Counted from the first letter of the whole stretch, positions 1 through 12,766 are shown. The stretch is DNA of 62,948 nucleotides, filler included, from Licmophora abbreviata (GCA_900291995.1; 17 parts of 17 records of this genome joined end to end with filler, not necessarily neighbours in it), one strand, 5' to 3'. The notes: a model not told the origin generated them from the letters alone. Program-made: numbers and translations.

Positions 1-147
1 CGCCTTACAACAACACCTCGACGAGGGCACAAAAGGCATCATAACAGATGACAGCGTGAAGTTGCGGCCTAGTCATCGTGAATACTATATCTTGAGACGC
101 ACGGGTCTCTTTCTAAAAGCCTGAAAACAAGCTGGTGTTGTCGCACA

Positions 148-2136
148 ATGAGAAAATCTAAGTTTTTAAATTGCTCTCTGACATGGTGGCTGACCTCGTC
201 AGTTTCCTGCTTGGCTCTGGTGTCGACTTCGTTTCCCACCAAGTCTGGCAGCAGCACATTTCTACGACGAGAAAGCGGACGGGCTCCCAAGAGTGCAGCT
301 ACTCCACAAGTCGTTGATGAATCTGATACAGCTGTAGAGAGAATTTCAAAGGAGTCACCGCTTGTTCGGGCTTTGGAGATTGCCGGTATCGTTCTTTCCA
401 AGGTCGTTCTTCCGCTTTCCATGTCGGTGGTCAAGGACGGCGTCGTTAGAGACTGGAATGAATTCTGGGCTCGTCCAAATGGTGCACAGACCAACGCAGA
501 ACGTCTCACCGATGCGCTAGAGCACCTGGGTCCTGTCTACGTAAAAATTGGACAAGCACTGGCCTCTCGACCCGATCAGATTCCCAGGACTCTCGCAGAA
601 AAGATGTCGACACTGCAGGACAATATGCAGCCGTTTAGATCCGACTTGGCCAAGGCTATCGTCATGGAAGAACTAATGCAATCTCAGACCTTGACTCTTG
701 CGGATATGGAAGGACTGTTGGAGTGTCTGTCAGACGAACCCGTCGCTGCGGCCAGTGTCGGGCAAGTATACAAGGCGCGAATAGGGTCAAAGGCGGTGGC
801 GGTCAAGGTGCAGCGACCCGGCATTCGGACTGTCGTCGAGCGAGATGCCGCGCTACTGCGAGCTGTCGCTGCATTCATCGAGTCCATTCCAGCTCCGCCG
901 TTGGTCAAACAGGGCCCTCGGTCCAAGAATCGCTTGATAGCCACCGACGTCGTAGATGCCGTAGAGGAGTTCATGTCGCGCATGTTTGAAGAACTTGACT
1001 TTCGAAACGAGGCTGCGAATGCAGCGACATTTGCGAGCTTGTATTCCCACCGAGGTGGAACTTCCACTAAAGTTAAGGTCGCTGTGCCTGAAATATATCC
1101 AGACTTGTGCTTCAACAACGTGCTCGTCATGGAGTGGCTTGACGGTACGAAACTAACGTCGTTTGAGGAAGAGGAAGCCAGTACGACTGCCGAGAACCTG
1201 GCGCTGATCGAGAGCGGAATAGAGTGCACCTTGAGTCAGCTTCTGGATACAGGAGTAATGCATGCGGACCCCCACGGCGGAAATTTGTTGAAGATCCAGA
1301 CACCCGATGGCCCCGTACTGGGATACTTGGATTTCGGGCTCTTGTCTTCTGTACCCCAGTCGGTGCGCGGTAAGCAGTGTGGGATTGACGTGCTGTTGTA
1401 CTAGCCAAGCTACCCTTGAAACCTTTTACAGCTCAATGTTATGCCTTCCTGCTCGTCTCCAGATGCCTTAGTTTGCTCTGTGGCGCACCTCGTGTTTGAT
1501 CGGGACATGGAAGCTGTGGCGACTCTCTTTGGAGAACTTCAGCTCGTACCGAGATATGTTGTCGAGGACCCATCGGAGCGAAGTGCCTTGACGACCGCGC
1601 TCGAAAGGACAATGAATGAAGCTCTCGTGTATAAACCTGATCCGGAGTCACAGGGTTCTGGGAGAACTCAAGTCCCAAGATTGCGGTTTGACAGGCTGCT
1701 GGATAATATGGCGCTGCTCGTTCCCCGCTTTCGATTCCAGCTCCCGCCATACTTCATGAACAACGCCCGTGCATTGAGTACATTGGAAGGTATTGCCCTT
1801 TCGTTAGATGATGACTTTAATGTTCTGGATGTCCTCTATCCGTATGCCTTGGATCGTATGGTGGCGAACCCAACAAAGTCGCAGGTTGTCGATGATACGC
1901 TACAGTGCCTGATACGGTCCCATGAAACCGGCAATGTGGAACTTTCCAGAATACGGCAGCTGCTGAACGACGCCGCAATTCTAACTGGGTACGGGAGGGG
2001 CATGCTGATTCGGGATCTACTAATGAAGAGCGGAGGGCGTCGACTTGCCCGGACGGTGATTCGAGAGAAACTGAGTCAGCAATTCAATGGGTTTGCCGGC
2101 GGCAAACAAAAGAAGACTCAACTGATGCGACTATAG
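148..2136 (+). CDS. ABC1/ADCK (UbiB) atypical kinase, probably plastid-targeted; 2 exons (intron 1370-1462)
   Basis: Motifs LGPVYVKIGQ, AAASVGQVY, VAVKVQRP, ELDF, HADPHGGN, LDFGL. A GTAAGC...CCAG intron joins ORF 148 to ORF 1441 in frame (R-D-A-L-V-C). The N-terminus is a hydrophobic signal followed by a Ser-rich transit-like segment. Confidence 0.9.
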
Positions 2137-2222
2137 AGAGTTGGAACTGTGTTCACTAAATAACTCCGGAGCCGAGTTGTTGGCATATACCTTTCTATCT
2201 TTTCCAAAGTAATGGCCGCGGT

Positions 2223-5200
2223 TTACGTGAAGTGGCCCGTCACAAACATATATTCGTCTAGCACATGGAGCTGCTTCGCAACACCGACCTGAAGGGGCCG
2301 AATGAAATCTGCGTTGAGGGCACGTACTAGTCGAAACTTTGAACGCTTCCAGTAAAAGTCAATGAACTTTGGCTGTCCTGCCTTCACGCCGAAGAACGGA
2401 CGAAGGTCGACTTCTGACGAGTCGAGTGCATTCAGTATCTCATTCTTGACGAGAATGGCGACATCGTTAGCCCCGAGCGTCACATTCTGCTCTGCGCAGT
2501 GGACCCAGGCTGCGAAACAGCACACAGAGCCGAGCGCCTGTACACAGCGCCTTGCTTCGGATGTGCAACGTCGGAGGGTACCGCCCTCTACTACGTCGAG
2601 CAACTTGTCGTCGAGAAACTCATTCAAAACAAAGTGGCCAAACTTTCTCCAAAACTTCGCCAGCGCGTGCGCAATGAACTTGAGCGAATCTCGAGTATGT
2701 CCATGCCCTTGATCTCGCAAAGCTTTGACTATGGGTACATCTCGGTACTTGTTGGAGCTGGCGGCATCCGGATCGCGCATCACCGGGCCCAATTGAGTCT
2801 CCATGAGAGTTGCGACAAGGTCGAGACCACACGCCATCACGTGCAAGGACTTTCCAACTCTCGTCAGGGAAGCAGACGAGGCGCTGCAGAAATCTACTTC
2901 GGTGCAGTAAAGCTCGGCGTCGATTTGGAGAAGATAGCTTTTGAGGTCGTGCCAACTCTGTGGAGTGGAGTTAACGACGCTGGTCGACAGTGAAGCATCT
3001 CTCACGATCTTAAGTACAAAGTCCGAAGTCAGGGCCATCTTGCTTGAGTCCGGGTAGAACGTCCCATTCGACTGAGGACCAAGCTTCATTGCATCAAACA
3101 ATTTCTTCATTTGATTCCCCTGAGGGATCTTCCCGTCGACAAATGCATAATGGGTCAAGAGTTCGGCTCCTAGATGAGGCTCTGCCGAGTTGAGGGCTCT
3201 AATAGCAGCGTTTGCGAGGGTGGGACGTAGACTCATTGCGTTCGTAAGAGTTGACGCTTCACATGGCTCTTTCTCGCGGGATATTGAGGCTTCGAGGCCA
3301 GATAGATCAACTTCCTTGTCTAAAAAGTGAGATGACATCTCATCTGGCGCATCCCACAACACCTCGCGATCATGACGCTTTCCACCTGCTCGAGGCTTGT
3401 CAGCCGCTTTCCGCTTGGGCGCGGCTTTCTTCGTCGCTACTGGCACGGTGGACTTTTTCTTGGCAGCTGCCAGCTTGGTGGTTGCCCTCTTGTCGCGCTT
3501 GCCAGCGTTCGATCTTTCTGACGATTCATCATCCGGCCATTCAAGCACGCCCTTGCCCGCCTGAGCTTTCTTCCGGAGTGAGCCCAGAAGAGATGCGACA
3601 GCCTCTTTGTAGGTCTGGATCTCAAACCTTTTGCCCGATACTACCTTGACTCGGACTTTATCGTATTCAGCGTCGGAATAGCCGTATTGGCCTATCTTCA
3701 CGATTGTGCCGTTACGGCGCCCCTTCCGAAACGGGACCTTGAGATTCTCCAACCAAGCAAGGTTCGCGTAGCCACGACCCAGAAGTCTTATCTTAGACTG
3801 GCGCATCGGGATGCTGACCTCGCACTATAATGAAAGCGGCGAGCAAATAGAAGTTGTGAAATGAGCAAGTGCACCCGCATATTGCGCTTTCGTCGTTAAG
3901 TCTTACATCTCCGTCGTCGTATACGACGTCACACGTATGTGCCATACTGTCTACCGACATGACTCGCCCCCGGAACCACTTATTAGGAAGGTATAAGCCG
4001 TTCTGAGCAAAGCATTCGACAAGATCTCCGGGATAGAGCTCTTCGGGATTCGTGTCATACACAAGCTCACGCGCTGGACTGGTACCGTCGTCACTCGGCG
4101 GGAACTCGACGAAAAACTGACCATCATCCGTCCCCGTGAGAATCTGAACCACCCCGGAGCATTGGTAGTCGACGGAAAACTCTTTGTCTTCATCTTCGAA
4201 TTTTAGGTGCAACGTCCACCAACGTTCGATGGTGTCCTTCTTTCGACCGACCCTTTTCGTTTTCATGTCGACTCGACTCGCACAGCCAATGTACCTTAAA
4301 GACAAGTAGGATACAGATAACGATATGGCTGGATCAACAAAGTCTCCGGACACAAATCTCTTCAGAGCCGTCTCCCGTTACTTACCAGTTGAATGGATCG
4401 CGTCCGAAAATTCCACAAGGGCCTGGGTTGTAGTCAAATACTACTCGGAAGTAGTCGCCCACACGAGGCTCTCGGAAAACCGCATCGCCATGTCGAAGTG
4501 CGAAGACCTTGGATGGTGTGAGCTTTCCGTCGGGCGTCGACTTGCGCTTGATCGTTGGCGTGATGCTCTTATTAATGCCGACCGGAGTATGATTGGCCTC
4601 GTCTTCACCAGTTGTTTCCTCAGAAGGCACGACGGGTGTCTGTTCGCCTGCTGCTGCAACTGCACTCAACGCGAACGATTCAGTGTCTTGCGTTTCTAAA
4701 ACTGAAGCATGGATGATCGTCCCATGCAGAGGTGAAACATCGACAGCAACGCCACCCGTAGCACCAGTCATCGCAACAACACGAAATGCATGGCAGGAAG
4801 GGCGTCGATACTCGTCCATGACGAGCACATCCCCGGGGCGCAGCACTGCGCTGCTTCCCGCGGAAAGGAGCTCTCGTTTCGACATGTCTTGCTCGGCAGG
4901 ATCGTATCGAAAGATTGCCACATCGTTCGGTGTCTTTGTCATTGCCTTGATTTCCACCGACGCTTCCCGACCAAGGCCAATGGAGTTGATCCTGAGCTGT
5001 TTCCGAGAGACACCGGTGGCATCGGGGCCGATGCCCAGGTCAATCTTGCCGTCAGTGGCAGCTGCGTTGGTCGAGGCATTTCGACCCAATACCGAATCTG
5101 GAACAAGCTCAGACACGTCATCGCCAGAAGTCGCAATCAGAGAAACAGGGAGGAGAGCCACGTCGAGGGATACAGGGATCCGCATCAGTCCGATGCCAAC

Positions 5201-5587
5201 TATGTGCTCGGGCAGGTTTCGGTTGCTTGCATTGCTGACGGGAAAGATCTCGGTCGTCTCGCTCCTGAAGCTAACAGAAGTATTGGAACTCGACGGAACG
5301 CTCGCACCCCTCCTCAGGACACCAGAATGCCTAGGTTCGACCGATCCACTTGACATATCTGCGCCTCTCTGCGAAAACGGACGTGCCTTGGCGCCCCCCG
5401 TTTCAGCTGTGCGCGAGCGCTTGCACGAGGTGTCGTTCTGTTGGTTTTCTGCGCCTTCCAAAGTTCGTTTTTCGTTTCTAAAATGTCTCGTTGTTGCCTT
5501 TAAAGAGAAACAAGAGCCCTTGGGGGGAGAAGATGCGTTGGGAGGGGCTCTGGACGTCGTTTGCGACGATGTAGATCCCATGGTCAT
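2223..5587 (-). CDS. Large putative nuclear protein: FHA-like domain + Tudor/Agenet-like domains + helical C-terminus; 3 exons (introns 4295-4385, 3825-3906)
   Basis: Three ORFs join in frame through GT-AG introns (N-W|Y-I-G; G-D|C-E-V). FHA-like segment LGR...GVSRKQ...LRPGD. Tudor-like PGDLVEC...WFRGRVMSVD...CDVVYDDGD. Basic NLS-like stretches. Start codon uncertain. Confidence 0.65.
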
Positions 5588-6321
5588 CGCAAGTCTGGCT
5601 TTGACGAGAGTGTGTGAGAAAATAGAAGACACGCCGTACCGCGTCTACTCTGAAATCTCGTATGTAGATCCCCGTAGAGCCTTCCTACAAAGTTCGTTTT
5701 CGAATTTGGCGCGCCATCCAGCTGATCAGCTCTCTTGAAACGAACCAGGCGACGATGAGTGAGCCTATCATGCGATGAGCTCGACGGTAGACTAGTAGAT
5801 ATTGTAGCCACTAGTCCAAGACATAGCAGAGCCAGCAGAGGGCTTGCCAATGATCCTCGTCGTCGACGCCATCTTGTTCCAAGCAACACTGGACCCGTGC
5901 CAGAATTTCCGAGTTCTATGCAAGTATTCACCCTGGTCTAGAGATCTGCTTCGCCCCCTGTTTGACTGCCGTTTGCTTTGTTCCAGATCGTTGGGTTGGA
6001 AAACTCTTCTTGCTATCGTTTCACTAGTCAACCAAGGCATAATAGCACACTCAGGAGGTCGTCACATAAACGCACATGCATGTATATTCAAAACATTGCG
6101 ATATAACTTAGTTGGTCCCAACACCATATCATCACTAACCGCTCCAATGTATGAACAACCATCAAGTTCAGCGACGACAGGAAAACCATCTCTGAGCCGA
6201 GCCGTATCGTCGAGTCTATTCATATTATTTTAAACTTCAGGTCATATTCACCATGTCACCGTCAGATCTAACTCGACTCCCAGTTATTCATGAGAACGTC
6301 ACAATTCCTTCCATCCTATAA

Positions 6322-6661
6322 TCAGAGGATTGAGCACCACTCGCATTCTCCCGGAGTAATGGAATTAAACGTGGAACAATTGGCACACCGCCACGACGTC
6401 GCACGATCCGGAAGATCGTATGGCTGCATGGAAAAGAACGAACGCACAGATGCGATGAGAGAAATACTTCACATCATTTTTGTATATTCAAACTTTTGTG
6501 GTTTCAAACGATCCGCAACGCACCGCATGACACTTGGAACAATAAAAGCGACTGTGTCCCGCGGGAATTGGCGGAGCTCCATCGTTGGCCGGCACAGCGT
6601 TCGTCACGGCAATCTCCGGCTCGACTTCGTTCTTGTTTGGGTCGTCGTATTTCTGTGTCAT
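6322..6661 (-). CDS. 79-aa zinc-ribbon protein with C-terminal CaaX (CSIL); intron 6424-6523
   Basis: Exon 1 ends FYCSKCHA at a GTGCGT donor. Exon 2 after a CAG acceptor reads PYDLPDRATSWRCANCSTFNSITPGECEWCSIL*. This gives two CxxC pairs plus a CaaX box. Confidence 0.8.
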
Positions 6662-7156
6662 GATGTGTTGACAGGGCACTGTAATGAATTGGGTTTGATT
6701 GAGCAAGTCTCAAAAGCGGCAAGCGAATCAAGCGCAGCGATCAAGGCAGATTGAATCTTGGGATGCACTACTTCTTTTCTTTGACGACGGTCGCGAGAGA
6801 TCGCATAGCCGCCGCGGTTGTCATCAGATCTGAGATTCGCCAATTCCGGAACTGACCGAAATGACTCCAAACTGCTAGAAATTTTGGAATGTGTACTGGC
6901 CAACGCCACTATCACCCAGAAAATGGTTTGGAATTACACTTACTGTATGTTGTATTCAGCCATGAGGACTAAAATCTACTTGTGTTTTGGACAGAAATCG
7001 GCCAAAAGCTAGCTTCTTTTCATCGATTCAAAGAATCTCACAGAACAGTTCACCTCGACGCTCATGATCACGGCTGAGGACTGTGGTCCATGATTTCGTT
7101 GGCGCTCTTTGTCTCGAACAGCTCTGTTTCTGCAAGAAGTCCTCTCGCAAGGACAC

Positions 7157-8238
7157 ATGACCTCTTCTATCGCGAGCATGAGTCGCTCAGAGGACGTGGA
7201 AATGAATAGATCTACCGGAAGTACTACAAGCGACGTGCAGCAAGACGTCACGGTCGAAAGCAGCATCCGCCCGCCGTCGTCAGGCTCCATCAACCAACGA
7301 CACAGTAATCACGTTGTCAGCTCACTGGAGGATGTCTCTCCTGAAGACGTACGCCCAAAAGATTCAGTTATTTCCAATCCCAAGTTGACCCCGCCGTCGA
7401 CTCCCAAAATACAAGTCGATGTTGGACAGGCCTTGGAGATTGACAGGAACAACGACGAGGACCTCGACGATCTGATGGCGATGGACGACGATGACAATGA
7501 CGACGTTGATGCTGACTTGGAGAGGTTGCTGGGAGACGTGCGTTCCGAGACAGATGTGGCGATCGCCAACAGTCGTACTGCAACACACGCTCAGGGACCC
7601 TTCTCTTCGTGCTTGTGCTGTCGCGGCCTTACTCGTACTGGCAACACGCTCGTAATTTTCCCAAAGATCTACGCCAAAACTAAGTGGGGTATGGTTGGTC
7701 CACATTACTTTGGACCGATTTGTGTGTTGATGATATTGTTTGCTGCTTCACGCCACTTTATTGGAGAGGCCCTGCGGATCGGTCCTGTCAGTACCTGCGT
7801 TTGTGTTGCGTTTACATTCCTGACGACATTCAATCTGTTCTCCGTTTCCTTTCGAGACCCGGGTATAGTCACGACTCGCTCTCATCCACCCGAGACCATA
7901 ACGAATCTGTCTCGCTGGAGATGGTGCGACTTGTGCAAGTAAGTTTTGCGAACGGCGATGTCGCCAATGTGACGACGCGACTTTCTTTACTTATGCGTTC
8001 TTCCCGCGCGCTCTTTCTATGTAGTGTTTATCAGCCACCTGATGGGCAGCACTGCCCGGACTGCAATGTGTGCATTGAAGGTTACGACCATCACTGTGTT
8101 TGGATGGGAACGTGCATCGGAAAAGGGAACATGCGACAGTTCATCCGGTTCAATCTATCGTGGCTTTTCTATCTCGCTTACGCCATAGCTTGGGTCACCA
8201 TACTGGGACCGCAAATGTATCATCAGAAGAACTCATAG
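7157..8238 (+). CDS. DHHC palmitoyl acyltransferase; intron 7939-8024
   Basis: DPG motif, then WCDLC|NVYQPPDGQHCPDCNVCIEGYDHHCVWMGTCIGKGN across a GTAAGT...TAG intron. Flanking TM helices. Confidence 0.93.
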
Positions 8239-8489
8239 CTGGCTTGATGATGGTGCTACTCGAGAATGTGACGCCAGCGTTAAACGAATCTAAGGATAGC
8301 ATGATCAGTGTGTCGACAAGAAAGAATCGTTTCCTCTCGTCGTGTCTGTGTGTTGTGTCAACGCGACAAGGTCTGCCCGTCCTTCAACTTTAAAGCGGCG
8401 ATGACGACAAGAATAAGACGCACACACACTAAAACCTCTTGTGTCGGCGACCCATTCTGTGCAGTTGTGTTCCTCTCTTTGACAACTGA

Positions 8490-9989
8490 ATGAGCCGGAC
8501 TCCCAGAATGCAGACCAGAAGGCTGAGTGCATTGAGGGAGTTGTCGGAGCCCGATGAAAAGGAAAAACTCCGAGATTCCACCCCGCGAGCGGCGGCATCC
8601 GACGAGAGTCCCGAAACGGACGACGCGGCTCTGCCTATCGCATCTCTGAATGAAACGAGCGGTACAACTGCGACAAGAATCGTGCCGACAGAAGACCCAT
8701 TGCAAAGGGCTGCCTTGCTATTCAATGATGGTGAGCTGAATCGACTGCATGCTCTCACATCCGACGGCAAAGCATCCGAAGTCATGACTTCGAGGTCCAC
8801 CGCCTTCTCGCCACCGTGGTACACGCCGTACCCGGCAACGCTGACCCTCCTTCTACTCCTGCATGTGCTTTTCTTTTATCAATGGAACACTCGAAAAACG
8901 AAACGTCAGGTGCTGGTGACCTACCGACAGCTAATACATCAAAAGCAGTACTACCGTGGTGTCGTCGCATTCCTATCTCACCCTCCTGCTGATACAGAAA
9001 ATGGTGGCCGATCTCGCGATGCTGCCTTGGCGGTTGAAATGGGCAACGAAGAGACACAGAGAGCTGGGTACCTACGACAAGCGCAGGATCGTTTACACCC
9101 CCTTGTTAAGGGGCACTTAAGCGGGTTGCCACTGTTGGCCTACAATGCACACATACTGTGGACTTGTCGAGCTCTCGAACCCCTATGTCAAACGTCATGG
9201 CACTACGGCAGCATGATGCTGGTTCTGGTGCTGGTGTCTCTCGCACTGGATCTCAAGGTATCAGCCAACTTGCTGCGGTCGACTCGAGCACTGGTCGGGG
9301 TGGGAATGTTGGCAAATGACACGACAGCGACTAGGCGACATGCGCTGCAACGAACCATGGGAACTCCAACCGCATTGACGTCTGCGCTTCTGCTTCTCTA
9401 TCGAACTGCATTACCACATATCTCCCTACCCATCCTGCCTCTATTGCCGTTTACATTTCTTCTGTCTCCGACCTTTTCATATGGAGTATGCTTGGCAATC
9501 CTCACTGTCTTATCGTGGCCGAGCCATCCTCTTCTCTCTGTATTCTCCGGTACGACGTCGGCATTCTTCTGGACTCTCGGTGTTACCCACTTTCTTGCTA
9601 CCGGCTACTGGGCATCCTGTCTTGTTTTATGGATAGGAGTGGCGTGTGCTATCTCGCTTCGCGGAAGCGAGTCGCTGCATGGGTGGGTGCCATGCATTGA
9701 CTATGTGGCTTGGGATGCGAGAGGCGCCATTCGGTCTCGCGACGACGCAGCCTCAACCCGACTAGGATCACAACATGCCGACGAAGATGACGATGAGGAG
9801 AATGGCAGTGATCAAGATCCAGAACGACAACCTCTGACTTCAGGGAGTGATGCTGCCATTCACGGACGAGTACCGACAATGAATATGGACGACGATGCCA
9901 TCGAGCTTCCTAGACGAACCGAGGCGCCACTCACTCGACAACGACGAGGGGGCGGCAGCAGTCTTCTTGAATCGGATGCTCAACGGTGA
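8490..9989 (+). CDS. Multi-pass membrane protein, rhomboid-like, probably catalytically inactive
   Basis: QYYRGVVAFLSH and LAYNAHILWTCRALE resemble the rhomboid WR loop and TM2. Several TM helices. No recognisable GxSG or catalytic His. Confidence 0.6.
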   Translation: MSRTPRMQTRRLSALRELSEPDEKEKLRDSTPRAAASDESPETDDAALPIASLNETSGTTATRIVPTEDPLQRAALLFNDGELNRLHALTSDGKASEVMTSRSTAFSPPWYTPYPATLTLLLLLHVLFFYQWNTRKTKRQVLVTYRQLIHQKQYYRGVVAFLSHPPADTENGGRSRDAALAVEMGNEETQRAGYLRQAQDRLHPLVKGHLSGLPLLAYNAHILWTCRALEPLCQTSWHYGSMMLVLVLVSLALDLKVSANLLRSTRALVGVGMLANDTTATRRHALQRTMGTPTALTSALLLLYRTALPHISLPILPLLPFTFLLSPTFSYGVCLAILTVLSWPSHPLLSVFSGTTSAFFWTLGVTHFLATGYWASCLVLWIGVACAISLRGSESLHGWVPCIDYVAWDARGAIRSRDDAASTRLGSQHADEDDDEENGSDQDPERQPLTSGSDAAIHGRVPTMNMDDDAIELPRRTEAPLTRQRRGGGSSLLESDAQR

Positions 9990-10151
9990 GGTCGCTAACG
10001 ACGATCGGTATACACTAGAAATAAAACTCAAAGACCGAGACGGGTGTGTATCCGTACAACATGCATGCTATTGCACGGGATGAGTAATTTTTATGCTAGC
10101 GCCCAATCATGCACGGCTTTGTAGTAGTGTCGTGTTCCCTTTCCACCACAC

Positions 10152-11455
10152 TTACTCCTTCAACCCGAGAGCATCCCTAAGTTTCTTCTGCTTTTCCGCT
10201 CCGAATCCAATCCAGTCGAGATAACCCTCGACGCTCCCGTAGTTCTCGCGGATCGTCAAGAGCACTTCTTGCATAACATGCGGAGGAGCACCCAAGAATG
10301 TCTTTGCGTCCAAATTTCTCTGCGACAGTGCACCCACCATGGCTTGATGGTCGTCCATTTCAGCATACACGTTGGCTGATAGACTGTAGTCCTCTACAAT
10401 ATCTTCATCCGGCACTCCCAACAAGCTGAGAATGAGGGCGGCGATCATGCCCGTCCGATCCTTACCAGCGGTACAGTAGAATGCAATGGGATGTCGATTC
10501 GGATCCGCGCAGAGTTCCAAGACATATTTGATCCCAGGAGCTCCATATCGCAGCAGCAGCTCGTTCAACATTGTCAACCCACCCTGATTGATGGTATCGA
10601 GAAAGGGCTTCTTACACGACACACGGACCCTTCGACTGACAATGGCACCAGGACTCTTCAACAGGCTTCTGGCAGTGTCGCGCTTTCTGACTTTCTTCAT
10701 GGTTCCTTTGACGTATTTGAGTTCATTCATGAGACTGACAAAGTGACGTTCTTTGCGATTTGCTTTGTACTGCTGTTCCAAGAACTGATCGGCCGGTACT
10801 GCTCCCTCATCACAGACATCGCATTCGTCCTCAATGAAAGTAGACTGAGATTGTATACCGCTGCCACTCGCTTGCAGCAATCGTCGTCGCTTGCGATGAT
10901 ACAAGGGCGATTCCCCGTCCAGTAGCTCTCGCACACACCCTGGTTCCTTGCGCGACTGAATTCTAGCTTCGCTCCAAATCAAATCTGTAAAGTTGTGAAA
11001 TACCTCTTCTCTCAACAAAGTGGGGTCGTCTTTGAGTTCGGTGGGAGAACGCAGATCGACCAGTGTGCTGATATTAAGCTCGTGCAATAGAAGTTGAATG
11101 TCTTGTTCCGAAGCATCGGAAACTCGTCCCATGCGATAGACCTTGTTGGGTTGGACAGGATTGGAAGACGTCACGGCTACACTGGCGAGGTCTCTGGCAT
11201 TTTTGACACTGGTGAGTTTGAGATTGCGCGTGTTACACAGTTCCTTGGTCCTTTTCTGAAAGTCTACTTCGTCCAAGCTTGCGATGACGACGAGGAAGGC
11301 GACGCAACCATAGAGAGGGTGCTGGCTTTGAGTGTTGCTGTTGTTGACGGCACTCTTACCGGAAAGTTATTGGTGGAGGGCACAAAGGCAACGGTCGTCG
11401 ACGTCGTGACAACGAGACACAAGAGCAACAGTGACAATCGATTTATTGACTTCAT
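10152..11455 (-). CDS. PtpB/Y_phosphatase3-type Cys phosphatase with bipartite plastid presequence; apparent frameshift near 11277
   Basis: NARDL, VDLRS, P-loop YCTAGKDRTG, EDYSLS. The upstream ORF 11455-11264 (MKSINRLSLLLLCLVV...VAF-VPS) is a signal plus transit peptide in a different frame. Confidence 0.85.
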
Positions 11456-12031
11456 CCTGATTTATTCAGAAAACAGTGAAATAAAAAGTGCTGCAACACC
11501 GTATCGCAACGACAGGGCAAAAGAGAATAGAGATTCGTGCCAAGTGGACGCTGAGATTCGCTTCGTTCGTTTCCCTCCGGCGGTGGTGTGTTCACCGTGT
11601 TTGCAAATTGAAAATGCGTTCGCGACGTGGCTCGTATCATACCTTTGTGTGGCGCGCGCTGCATTTTGAGTGTCGTATCTTCTGTCTCAGCGACACGACG
11701 ATGACGTGTGGCAGAGGAATAGGGAATTTCCAAGCTTGGCGCGGGAAAACACACACCAGATGTTTTGTTTGTTCGTCGCGACGCGTTGGATGCTCGCGAT
11801 TCTCATTCAAGACGACCGCACTTGCATGCTCGGGTGTCAAAGCTAGAAACACACGACGTGTCGCAAAAGAGGCGATCGCAACCTTGCTGTGCTGCTGCAG
11901 TAGTCATTGGCGAAACAGAAATTGAGTCTCTAGACCCTAGAGAGGACGAAACCTAAACTGCTATCAAACGAGGCCAAGACAGATTCATCCGTTGTTCTTG
12001 TTTTCTTTTTTCTAGGTATCGACCGACGAGA

Positions 12032-12766
12032 ATGTCGTTCTTGTGCGCTTCCCGTCGAGGACAACGGCTGATCCTTACGAATATTCGACATCATCACCAT
12101 TACCGATTCGGCGCTCGCACCGTCAGTAGCCGTAAATCTTCGACCATTACGAATCCGACGTTTCTCACATGGTATTCCAAGAAACTAGACACGCATCCGC
12201 TTGCGACCAAAATGATCAGCGCTGGAATTGTTGCCTTTTCCGGTGATATTTTAAGCCAGCGCATTCGTGCCGTCAAGACAAAAGAGCCCTTTGCGTGGGA
12301 TGTCATTCGGACCATGAAATTTTCTGTTCTAGGCGTCACTTTCATTGCTCCGCTCACGCACTACTGGTATGGCTACTTGTTGCGACTGTATCCCGGGACG
12401 TCAATCAAGTCTGTGGCGATTCGGGTGGCGATTGATCAATTCTGTTTTGAACCAGTGTATGTCCCCTCCTTTTTGTCGGCGGTATGGATCTTTGAGGGAG
12501 AGGGGATTGACGATATCAAGGATCTTTTGTACGACACGGCCCCAAGGACGCTTGTCGCCAATTGGATTGTCTGGATTCCAGCGACGGCTGCTATTTTTAG
12601 ATACGCTCCAGGAAAGTTCCAAGTGCTGGCAGCCAACATGGTCGGATTCTTGTGGAATGCATACGTGAGCTTCACAGCGCATGCAGCAGAGGACGAACAC
12701 GATTTAGAAAAGGGACACGATGCTCACCGTCATCCTCGCGGTGGAGGGGCGGCAGGCTGGCATTGA
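12032..12766 (+). CDS. Mpv17/PMP22 family membrane protein
   Basis: HPLATKMIS...GDILSQ, HYWY, DQFCFEP, ANWIVWIP, NMVGFLWNAYVS. Arg-rich, mitochondrial-like N-terminus. Confidence 0.92.
   Translation: MSFLCASRRGQRLILTNIRHHHHYRFGARTVSSRKSSTITNPTFLTWYSKKLDTHPLATKMISAGIVAFSGDILSQRIRAVKTKEPFAWDVIRTMKFSVLGVTFIAPLTHYWYGYLLRLYPGTSIKSVAIRVAIDQFCFEPVYVPSFLSAVWIFEGEGIDDIKDLLYDTAPRTLVANWIVWIPATAAIFRYAPGKFQVLAANMVGFLWNAYVSFTAHAAEDEHDLEKGHDAHRHPRGGGAAGWH

Noticed and set aside
4593..5738. Long antisense ORFs (e.g. 4593-5738, 36692-37579, 28529-29185, 51456-52343)
   Set aside because: They are shadows of real genes on the opposite strand and carry no motifs.
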